A stretch of 61,505 bases of DNA, the filler included, from Sphacelaria rigidula (Eukaryota): assembly GCA_964200075.2 (NCBI GenBank). It is 10 parts of 10 records of this genome, joined end to end, with 100 filler letters (N's around TTAATTAATTAA, not from the genome) between each part and the next. Parts side by side here need not be neighbours in the genome. Positions count along the whole stretch, not along the records: positions 12,323 to 18,383 come from CAXNAA020022500.1; positions 18,484 to 24,544 come from CAXNAA020022501.1; 8 more parts are not named here. The stretch is one strand, 5' to 3'. A model generated the notes under the pieces. It ran no database searches and was not told the DNA's origin. It worked only from the letters and a program-made list of their open reading frames with translations. Within the stretch, counting starts at the first letter, position 1; each line of letters starts with the position of its first letter. Shown here piece by piece: positions 12,728 to 23,140 of this stretch. The translations under genes were made by a program, and so were the position numbers.

Positions 12728-14858
12728 GAAATAACTTGTACAAAAACACAAAACACGTGACATCAGTGTCCGAGAAGCCAAGCGTTACCTTCCCGCTACA
12801 CCGCGTGCTCAGCGTCCATCGCTGTCTGGAGGAAATACGGAAATAGTGGCCAAATGACCTAGCTCATGATCCGGATCAGTACTCTAGCAAAAAGTAATAT
12901 CCAGGTAGCTCATTTGCTGTCCGATGTGTGCAATATATAGACCTGTATACACGTGAAAGGATCTCGCCCAGGGTCCCGGACACCAACGTACTGACGCCGA
13001 CATCCTTAACCAAAAGAAATCCGATGAAACAAACCAATATCAAAATTTGGTTTGTTCAAGTATCGGTTCCGATACGTAGGCTTCGGTGTCAATACATCGG
13101 GAGGGCCCAAAACAACAAGTTCACTCCACGAGGCCATGTACGAGGAATACGAGAGTTGGCAACGTTTGGTTTAGCAAAACCAGCGCCGACGAGATCGTTA
13201 CACGTTGAAACAAGGCATCACCAAAGGGTTCCGGACGTACCTTCTTTTGTCGTCAGCAAAGCTTTCGTCAGCATGCATGTATCATGAATTCAACACCTTT
13301 CCCAAAAACTCACAATGTTACATACTACCCCCAGCGCTCTGAGCTTTCCATGTGCTGTGTGAAAAGGAAACAGACCGTTTGAGAGTGCTACATTCACCGA
13401 GGAGTGACAAGAGTTAACCCTTTCGGAATTTGCCAAAAACAGTCAGAAGTCCCATATGCGGGCTTTCGTCACTGGGAAATCGTCACTTCGAGTTCGGTGC
13501 ACGAATCTGTCACATTGGTATACTCGGAGTTGTGTACTGTTTTGGTCGGCCGGGATCGTCAACAGTTGCAGAAAAACAACCATTTTTTGCCCCCTTCCCC
13601 CAAAAACACGAATTGCAAATCCGTCATTTTTCCATCAGCGGTTTCGAAAGGTTCAAGCTGGCTACAAATAAAAATGCTTCAGAAACTCTTCTACTGCTGA
13701 GGGGATTTCCGCTTACCGCACTTCTGCCGTCAGAGGTATTCGTTAGCACAACAAAAGCTTTTGACATGTTTTGGCCGTGTTCGGGTACATGCGGTAAACC
13801 ATCTTCCTGATTCCCGAACCCAAACATTTCATCGGTCTACAATGCTGTCGTCCTCCATCATGGGTTGTTCTCAAGGCTCGTTGGGTGAACTGACTGGTCC
13901 CTTCCTGTACCCTTCGTACAATATCGGGGTGTGGGGTGGGTGGCTTGTCTTCAACTTCAAACCTCAGCCGCCTCACTGATTTTTCAATCACCGTCATTAT
14001 ATATATTTCTCTGACATGCGGTCAACGCCCATCAATTTACCAAAAAAGAACAACGTACGTTTCTGCGTCCAGCAACGTTCACTCTCGACACGTGAAAACA
14101 ACGTACACTCTGGAAAATGTACTGGGTACAGTATGGGCATATCGCAGATATTGTTCATCATGAGTTGCGATAGGCCTATACTTCACCCAGTACATACTTG
14201 TCTATTGCATATTTTGTCCATATTTTGTCGAGGGCGTGAACAACTTCATGTCCAGATGTCCGACTATATAAGTCCGACAGCTCAATTGCTTGGATGCAGC
14301 GTAACCCCCCCCCCCCCCCCCGCCCCGAATATTTGAGCACATGTTCATCGTGGTGCGTGGTGCAAATCCAAACTCCCGGACCACTTCTTAGTTAAGAAGA
14401 TAATTTCGAGCCAAATATCACATCTTGTTGCTGTCTCTCTCGCAGTGTTTCCAGAGAGGCCTCCTGACACAGCCGATAAAAACACAAAAATGAATTCTAC
14501 GCCGCAGCGCCTCACTGTCCAACTTGTACAATTCAAACAAGGTACTGTAGGTCGAAAGAACGGCGGTTCGTATGTCGCCAGATGCATATGCCCCCTTTTT
14601 TTTTCTCGACAAATGTTTGATTTCCGTTGCTAAAACATGAGGACGTGTGTAGCAAAACAAATTCTATTAGATGAGAGTTCACCGCCTTCGACAGTGCTAA
14701 TCCAATCTGATTCAATCCAAGCCGCGATAATGACAAGAGGTAAGACGTGTGTACCAGGGGGGACGGGACGGGACGGGTTGCTCCCTTGAGACACGGACTC
14801 GTCCTGAGGAGGGAGAGGGGTTACGCGTGTGACGAAAAAAAAACAACAACGTTCGTAC

Positions 14859-14972
14859 CTCGGTTCGAACGCGCGTATCCGGCGCACCGGTCTGCGACGT
14901 GTCGGATTCGATTGGGCCTGAGCCCCTATCCGACTCAGCCGCTTCATCTCCCTCCTCCTGCTCTACCGGATC
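14859..14972 (-). CDS. Probable acidic low-complexity exon (DPVEQEEGDEAAESDRGSGPIESDTSQTGAPDTRVRTE)
   Basis: 114 nt, phase 0-0, TTTTCAG acceptor and GAG|GTACG donor. Compatible with the exon at 15633-15755. Confidence 0.5.
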
Positions 14973-15632
14973 CTGAAAATAAGAACGGTGCACACAGTAG
15001 ATTTTGCGGTATGTAAAGGGTGAACACCGAAACAAGTCAGAAAATGTATGGAAACCCTTCCCCGCCTTTCCTCTCCCTTCCTCCCCTCCCCCAAACAGTA
15101 GAAATTATGGAACAATGGAAACGACAACAACCACAACAACAACCGATCCTACCTTAGACGAAGGGGGAAGTGGAGGGGGTCTTGATCGCACAAAAACAGG
15201 GGGACTCATAACTGACACGACTTCACAGAAGGGTCGTGACCACAAGTACAGCCTCGAGGACAATATTCTGGCGTTGCGAACGCGCGTGTCGGGTTTGCTC
15301 CTGAAGATGCAGGGACACCTCGACAAGACTCCTACGCGGCTCGTAGACACCTTTCACTCCCTGCCCCCTCCCTCCAGACTCTGAACAACAGCAAAACAGT
15401 CGACACCATCCCCACCGAATACCAGCACATCCAGCACAACGACAACTACACCTACATCGACAGCAACAACACCGACACCTACATCAACAGCAACAACACC
15501 GACACCGACACCGGCCCCACCCCCAACAGCAACAGCACCGACAGCACAGATAGCACAGATAGCACCACCAACACTTCCTCCATCGAAGACCAACATAACC
15601 AACCGCCAACGACTTCTCATCACCGTCCTCAC

Positions 15633-15755
15633 CATGAGCTTATGGCCCGCTCGCTTGTGAGTAACGCAATATCGTGGGCGGAAACGCGGGTCGCCCCAAC
15701 ACGCCTCCAACTTGCAGCCGCGTCCTTCGCACGCTTTCATCGGACCCTGCGTTCC
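15633..15755 (-). CDS. Exon with one EsV-1-7-like Cys/His repeat (KACEGRGCKLEACWGDPRFRPRYCVTHKRAGH)
   Basis: 123 nt, phase 0-0, CAG acceptor and ATG|GTGAGG donor. C-x4-C...G...YC-x2-H-x3-G spacing as in the repeats at 20976-22191. Confidence 0.65.
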
Positions 15756-16146
15756 CTGTGAGGTTATTCGCGTTGAAATTCGTTCGTAAAGCAGGAGCAT
15801 CAAAACAATCAATGAGAGAATACACGGTGAGCGCAAGAACAAGAGAAAACAACAAGTCATGTATGCACACAACTGTTATATGGTGTTGTATGCATATGAT
15901 CGAATAGATTCGAAAGTAGTGCGTGCGGGGCGCGCAACCGAATCACACTTGTTCAACCTGCTGTGCTACTACTGTGTGGTACGCGAAAATTGTACAGCAT
16001 TCTAGTACTATATGGTGCTGCACTCGCTGTACTGCGGAGAAACCGCGTTGTTTCGTATCATGGTCTGCTTGTGGTTCACAGTAAAAAACAATGGGATAGC
16101 TCGTACGACACGTATTAATGCCGACCGGTGTGTATATATATATATA

Positions 16147-16728
16147 CTTCCTCTCACACATAAGTTAGCTCGATTACGAGCTTTTAACCGTTTGTCCATT
16201 CGAACTCTTCCCAATCATCCTATGGTTGGGTTCGTTGGAAAGATGAAGCGCCAAAAAGCTGATGCAAAGAACAAAATTGAAAAAGAAGTTACTTGTCTAT
16301 ACTAAAATGACGTCAAAATATGCCCATTTTGGCCCATTTTTGGTTCACGTATACCCCAATTTTGACTGACTTTGGACGTTTTGACGTTTAACACTACCAA
16401 TTACATGCTGCAAATCTGTTTGATGGGGCGTGCGTAGGTTAACGACACGGAGATATTCAAAATCAATGGCTCTTTCGCGATTTTCACGTTTTTTCGTGTT
16501 CCCGGATCCCCCATGCTTACTGGTAAAAGAGCGAAAAATTACCGTTTTTTGGTCGACCTACTTTTCCTCGACCGCGAGACTGCACGCGTCGAGCACCCAC
16601 GTTGTAGGAAGAGTGTTGCTTCTGGCTAAAAAAACGCCAACGAATGCAAGAAAAGCATCGAAAATCAGATCGGACACAGGTAAGGGCTCGTAAAAACATG
16701 ATCGAGCTAACTTATGTGTCAGAGGAAG
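16147..16728. mobile_element. Tc1/mariner (Stowaway-like) MITE with 28-bp TIRs and TA target duplication
   Basis: TA|CTTCCTCTCACACATAAGTTAGCTCGAT ... ATCGAGCTAACTTATGTGTCAGAGGAAG|TA, one mismatch. Related ends near 11265 and 36806. Confidence 0.85.
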
Positions 16729-18269
16729 TACGTACACATGATGTGTGCTCGCATGCATACAGCCTTCATCACACGGCCAGCCGAGGTTAAGATGCAAAAT
16801 AACAGTCATCCACCACATACATGCGAGGCCCGTACGAGGATAACCCCGCACCGTGGAGCGCGAAACGTGAAACTCGCGGAACACGCGAAACACACTCGCC
16901 GTCACAAGACACGAACACGACGAAGATCGTACCCACAAAATATTTCACGTTAAAAAAAAAAAAGCATCACCCAAAAACACTGCTACGCCCCATACCGTTG
17001 GCCTCTGTAATAATCATGTAGGAGGCAAGCCTTGGGTTGCTTCTCAGAGGCTTTTTTCTTCGACATGTGCTTTCTAATAAATAGGTACTGCATGTACAGT
17101 ATCAGGGCGTGACACCTTAGTTAACAATAACACACAACTCCAAATTTTAGCTTGTACAAAACTGGCGGAGGAAAGGAGCTCTGAATGTCAGTAATATAGC
17201 TCCCAGACGTACCCCAAGCTATGGAACTGACCATGCTTCGGGTATTCTAGCGAAAGATCGTGCACTTGGAGCAGGCGTGTGAACCCTCTACTAGGGATGG
17301 GTGCGAATTGACAGCAAGCCGAATATTTTGATCAATTAATTTATGTTCAATTTCTTCTTCTTGTTGGTTAGGAGAGGTTGGGATTGGATGAATATTTCTT
17401 GGATTGGATTTTTTTTTTTTTAAAGGGAACACTCGAATTGGCGTCATGGAATAACCAACTAAACACATGAGAGGCAAGGCAAGGCATCTGAATTTTATAA
17501 TTATCTGGAGAGCAGGCCGCACCCTACATGAAATGATGAGTAGGAAAATGATCAGGTCATCCCTCGGGTGATCTGTGTACGGCGGATTACTCCTGCGGTT
17601 GATGCAGCGAGGGGGCCTTCATGGTGCTTTCACGCAGGCTTACGGTTAATATGAAAAAAAAAAACACTTTCCCCTGTTCTTCTCCTTTTTCTCGGAACAT
17701 TCGGTACGAGTCCGTGGTCTCAACGGATCAGCTGATCACTATAAGGTCGAAAAGGTGAGGGAGGTGTTCGGCGGGGAATTTGGGATCTGAACTCTCTCTC
17801 ATACAAGTCACTCCATTAGTCTCAGAACAGGAGAGGGATCAGAACAAAAGCTGAAAGATGCGCCGCTCTTGGTCTATTGCATTGAGGACGAGGACGTTCC
17901 GCAATACGTTATTCAGCACCTGGCCGGCTGGTACCATCTTGAAGACTGACTGCCGAATATAATAGATGTAGACCAACGGGCACGAAATACAACGTCATCG
18001 TCCAATATAGTCGAAGCACGGGTAGACACGAAAAATCAGGATAGTCGTAAAACCCACCAGCAATGGGGCGGTCAACGCAGAGATCAGCGTTGGCAATGCT
18101 GCAGTAGGCACGAAATAAAGCTGCTCACTAGTCATATCCAGCAAAACACACAGGTGAGCGAAGTAGGCAAGCATGGCTACGCTAATAGGGTGGGGGAGGG
18201 GGGCGTTCTCATTAGTTTCTTGCTTGAGTCGTTCGGCCATTGACCACGCATCCCTTTCAAGAGGTTGAT

Positions 18270-18312
<43 letters not shown>
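18270..18312. repeat. (GT)n microsatellite between family C' and family C ends
   Basis: Direct reading. Confidence 0.9.
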
Positions 18313-18314
<2 letters not shown>

Positions 18315-18383
18315 TCATGATCATGCATGCCATAGTCATAGAACCATTGACCTCGCATCCCTACAAAGCCGGGACGGAGCAAG

Positions 18384-18483
18384 NNNNNNNNNNNNNNNNN
18401 NNNNNNNNNNNNNNNNNNNNNNNNNNNTTAATTAATTAANNNNNNNNNNNNNNNNNNNNNNNNNNNNNNNNNNNNNNNNNNNN
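18384..18483. other. Artificial contig spacer
   Basis: N44-TTAATTAATTAA-N44. Confidence 0.98.
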
Positions 18484-18650
18484 TTTTCCCTCGTCCACCA
18501 TCAAGTCGAATTCTGTGTACCCACGACATAGTCGCTATCCACTGTTGGCCATGGTGTGAGAAAAAATCCCAGATCGCTCCGAGATTTGAACCCACGACCC
18601 AACCGTCATAAGATTCCGAGGTTATATCAACTGAGCCACCGGGGCGACCG
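18484..18650 (-). mobile_element. SINE family A, 5' half
   Basis: Reverse complement reads CGGTCGCCCCGGTGGCTCAGTTG...GGGTTCAAATCTCGGAGCG followed by the family body. Confidence 0.8.
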
Positions 18651-19227
18651 CCGCGGTGGGGGCAGGCCATTTGGATCATGCATACTTGCTTCGAGTGAAA
18701 ATTGATGGCGATTCACCAGGTGAACTACCCTCGCGGTCTATCGAAAAAAGACGTGAAGAAACGTTAGTAGATAATGTTTGATGGGGAATATCATTGAATT
18801 TTATTGACTAACACTAACACTAACCCCGACCAAAGGCGCACGAGACCCTCGGGCGAGGAGGGTGCATAAATTTCCCTAGGCAAAGTGTGCGTTGGCAGAC
18901 TTCGAATCTTCGCGGCAGGCTCCGATTTCGACAAAAACACGTTTTGGACGAGCTGGGTCCACTGCTCACCTGCCCCAAACCATTTTCTAAATAATTTTAT
19001 CAACTCTAAAATCGAGCAGTCACCCTGTCAACCATTGTGTACGAACATTTCATCAGGTCTACTGCTGTAAGGGTCAACGGGCCTCTTATTATGCTAGAAA
19101 CCAACGTGTCGTGTAACAATTTAAAAGGTGGATGTCACGCTGGTCGGGAAAAGATGTCACTCTCATTTGGATATTCAACTCTCAATTTCACGAAAACATT
19201 GTTGGCCGCAGATGGAGTCAGTGGCTA

Positions 19228-19530
19228 GTCGTGGGTTCGATTCTCGGAGCGATTTGGGATTTTTCATCACACCATGCCCAAGAGTGGAGAGCGATTCACG
19301 TCGTGGGTTCACAAAATTCGACTCAACGGTCGACGAGGGAAAGGGAGTGTTGGCAATCCCCTCTCGGGGTAGAAAATAAATGCAAGCACCGCAGAAGGAA
19401 TGCGGAGTACAAAAAACAAACAAAAAAGAAGACACTTTTGTGTTGGTCTTTCTCTCGTGTGACCCCGGCTAGTGCGCCCACATATAACGGAAGGTGTAAA
19501 CTAACTCCAGAATAGATGGGACGACAACAC
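19228..19530 (+). mobile_element. SINE family A, 5'-truncated, through to the GACAACAC tail
   Basis: B-box GGTTCGATTCT, then body and 3' end GCGCCCACATATA..GAAGGTGTA..CCAGAATAGATGGGACGACAACAC shared with other copies. Confidence 0.8.
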
Positions 19531-20780
19531 CACCCCCCCGGGGATCCTCTCGGTTGTCCCCGTTATTGTTGGTTCGTTGTTGACCCGTGTCGCATGCCAC
19601 GACAACGTACATATTGAGTGAGGGAGGGGATCCAGATATGGGCCCGGAGCGGTACGAGTAGCTGAATCTATCGCGGTTCAACAATCGCGGCACAAGGCAC
19701 AAGATACTGATATTACTGCAGAATCATAATGAACCGGAGCTGGCTCGCCCTAGAGCACTACCGCCTTGGTCGGGATCGCTTTCAAACCATGGCGGCAGCT
19801 TCACAAGGATCAAAATATTCTTGAAAAATGTATGTATGCAAACGTACAGTTTGGCACGCCATGCTAGGCCTCGCCTCCATCCTAAAAACAAACCATCCAC
19901 ACCATATCAAATGCCGTGTTATCTCAACTCGCACACTAATACACCACAGACGATCGACACCGATAGAAACACTCACAATACATGTACAACGCGCAAAATA
20001 GAACACACCCCACCTTTGTATCACCATCAACCCGCGATATATCGACCATGTGTGAAATCGCGTAAAATCGCCCCCGTCTAGAGACGATAAATACGATGCA
20101 TGGCATCAACGGAGATATCGTCTCTATATCGTCCCGATACAGAACCCTGCAATAATATACGTATGTCACGCTAGCACAAAAGCTACCATGCTGTAACAAA
20201 AGTAAAACGACATCACGGAGACACGACCTACAGTAACCGTCACTGACTTGTCGAATCTATGAACATTATATGATCCAACGGCACCCTTTTATGCGGTCGT
20301 CTGTATGCAGACACAGCAGCACTGAATCAATGGCTTTTGCGATTCGGCCATAAATCCGCAAAATGGAAAGCTGCCCCCCTTCTCTTACCCTCTTAATGTG
20401 CTTACTAGAGAACAACAAAGCCGCAATGTACTTCAGGGATGACTACGGGTAGTTCCGTGTGTATTATTGCTGAGCTTCGCGTGTAGTGCTCATCACCAAG
20501 TACATTTTCCGCAAGTCGCATCTTAGCGATTGCACGAGATAGCCCGTATGCTGGTGTTGCGGTCATACCAGCGTACGTTACACGCGCGATCAGGGGGAAG
20601 AGAAAAAGCCATGCACACCATGAACATAATTCATCACTTTTTCCCCACCAACACTGTGAGAAACGACCACGCTCAACCCCAGACCGACCGCAAGATCGAA
20701 ATACACACACAAACACGCACGCAAACACATTATACAGGAAATCACACACAGCGGGCACGACCGCCGCGTTTACAGCAGAG

Positions 20781-20866
20781 ACGCGACCCCTGTCCTCCGC
20801 CGTGAGCGACACGCGACCTCCGTCCTCAGCCGTAAGCGAAACGCGACCTACGTCCTCCGCCGTGAG
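20781..20866. repeat. 30-bp tandem repeat, about 3 copies
   Basis: Units of ACGCGACC..GTCCTC.GCCGT.AG start at 20781, 20811 and 20841. Confidence 0.9.
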
Positions 20867-20975
20867 TTTGGCAGGCTACTTCGACACTCGCCCACATACA
20901 GTATCCAATCCCAGCTGTCACTAGGGCGACTCCTCTCCTGATTGAATCGACAGATAACGGCCAATTTGGCGCGTT

Positions 20976-21636
20976 CTAGTAGCGGCTGGGTATACGGAGA
21001 TTGATGGCGATCCGGTCCACCTGCGAGTAGTCCACGTACTGCTTCTTTTGGGTGCGACGGACGCCCCCGGGCCGCCACACGTTCACCATGCCGTCCTGCG
21101 CATGCCCGGAGCAGTACTCCGCCTTCTTCGAACCTTCCTCCCCATACTTCGGCTGCTTCGAACAGCCTGAGTAGAGGCATCTCTTCGCCCACACCGCCAC
21201 CATTCCTTCTTGCGCGTGGGTGGCGCAGAACTCCGCCTTTTTAGACCCTTCGATGCCGTAAGATGGGTGCTTGATGCAACTCTCGTGGGCGCAGCGTCTC
21301 TTCATCACATCCACCATGCCCTCGAGAGCGTGCCCAGCACAGAAGTCCGCCGTCCTGGTCCCTGGGATGCCGTAGGACGGGTGCTTTGTGCAAGTCTCGT
21401 GCGCGCACCGTTTCTTCATCACATTCACCATGCCCTCGTATGCATGCCCGGCGCAAAACTGAGCCTTCTTCGTCCCATCCACGCCAAACGACGGCTGCTT
21501 GTTGCAACCTTCGTGGGAGCACTTGTTCTTCATCACATCCACCATGCCCTCGAGCGCATGCTTTCCGCAGTACTCCGGCTTCCTCGACCCCTCAACGCCG
21601 AACGATGCCTGCTTGCCACAGGCCTCGTCGCCACAC
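20976..21636 (-). CDS. EsV-1-7 cysteine-rich repeat protein, exon 2 (5 repeats plus tail)
   Basis: Five roughly 38-aa units C-x4-C-x-K-x-P/A-S/K-F/Y-G...(E/D/Q)-F/Y-C-x2-H-A-x2-G-M-V-x-V. CAG acceptor at 21639-21637; stop at 20978-20976 (3' end could alternatively splice at 21020). Confidence 0.9.
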
Positions 21637-21913
21637 CTGACAAGGTTTCGTGAGATTGAGAATAGAGCGCTGCTTGAGAGTGGCTTTGATCACTTGCTTC
21701 AACTAGCCAATTTTTCATTCCGTGTGTGTTTTTCCTTGCTACACGTCGATATGCTACTCGGGGATATCAAGGGCCTCAGTGGTAAGCTACTACAGGACGC
21801 ATGTCGGGCCTCGTGGAGGGGAATTTCGGAACTGAAACGATTGATTCACTAATTGAATGCTTTCGACTTTCAATTGTATCCTCTACTCTCAATCTCACGA
21901 AGAACATTGTTAC
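21637..21913 (-). mobile_element. GT-AG intron made entirely of an inverted-repeat element (Introner-like candidate)
   Basis: 5' end GTAACAATGTTCTTCGTGAGATTGAGAGTAGAG versus reverse complement of 3' end CTGACAAGGTTTCGTGAGATTGAGAATAGAG. AGGT at both junctions. Related sequence at 30806-30850 and 31070-31185. Confidence 0.7.
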
Positions 21914-22191
21914 CTCTTGTTCATCAGGTTCACCATGCCCGGTAGAGCATGCACGCCACAATACTCCGTACTCCTGGAGCCTTCCCTGCCGAACGATGGC
22001 CTCTTGAAGCAGCCCTCATGAGCGCATCTCTTGGACACAACATCGACCATGCCAACCAGGGCATGCTCGATGCAAAACTCCGCCTTTCCGACCATCGGCA
22101 GGCCATACGACGGCCGCTTCTCGCACCCATCGTTCTGGCACCTCTTCCTCTTGCGACCTGTGAAAGGCACCTCTGCGAATTGACTAGACAT
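21914..22191 (-). CDS. EsV-1-7 repeat protein, exon 1 (MSSQFAEVPFTGRKRKR plus 2 repeats)
   Basis: ATG with an in-frame upstream stop; AG|GTAAC donor. Joined CDS is 278+661 = 939 nt = 312 aa plus stop. Confidence 0.88.
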
Positions 22192-22989
22192 CTCGATCTT
22201 CTTGTGGCAGCGAAGAACGCAGCGTCAACAAACCCTCAAGCTCCTTCCCTGGCAGTGCTGCTGTAGCAGGTGAGCGTACCTGAACCGGCGTTCTGCCGTA
22301 GCTTGCGACGCTGAACCGTCTTTGTCCGCTGCTGGCGGGCCGTCCGTGGGGTGGCAACGAGTAGATCCAAACACTCGACGCTCTGCCCTGATCGTTTATG
22401 CTACGCTGAAGACGCCTGGAATGTGAGGGTGCAGGGACGAGAGGGTAACAAAAAAGCACTGGTAAAGACAGCTGTTTACGGAGGATGAACCGGTCGGGGA
22501 GGGTGTTACCAATACTGCTCACCTAACGGAAACGCCGAGGCATGGCTGTCGTCTTGGTTGTTTCCGGCTTTCATCAACCAGTAAATCTGATGACACGATC
22601 ATCACATACTGTCACAACAGTTTGGAAAAAATCGTCCGCCCTGTCATATCTAATGAACTCCACGAGATACGGGTTGCCCAACCTGGACGTCTCTCACTCA
22701 CTATATCGAACGGTACGTTTGTGCTTTTGACAAGCCGGCTACGAACAAACAACTCGCCTCAAGAATGGCGCAAGAGCTGATGCCACATGCACTCGACTCA
22801 GCGAAGCAGATATCCTGCTACATTCTGGAAACCTTTTACACGTGGAAAGCAAGTCGTGGTTCGTCCAATCCGATTACAACCCAGCAGGTGTTTCGGAGAA
22901 AGCCCAAAATTGGCCGCTTTGATCAACTGCTCAGTGAAGTCGCCTCGAGCCACTGTCACGTACCCCACATACATCACGTGGGTATGTAG

Positions 22990-23140
22990 CACACCCTGGA
23001 CAACGACAATAGAATGCCTTGTCAAAAAGCGTACTGCGTACATTGTGGAATCCATTGTCCATTGCAATGGACGATAAAGTCGAAACTATACGCAGTACAC
23101 TTTTTGACAAATGTGATCTATCGTCAATATCCGGGGTGTG
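22990..23140. mobile_element. 151-bp palindromic miniature element with family D termini
   Basis: Arms pair along the whole length around TTGCAA. Ends CACACCCTGGACAA / TATCCGGGGTGTG resemble the termini at 41867, 42981, 55277 and 55845. Confidence 0.75.

Noticed and set aside
20781..20866. CRISPR-like array
   Set aside because: The 30-bp units are contiguous with no unique spacers, there are no cas genes, and the context is eukaryotic.
20976..22191. Integrated phaeovirus (provirus) segment
   Set aside because: No viral core genes or gene-dense intronless neighbourhood; EsV-1-7 repeats are common in host genes.
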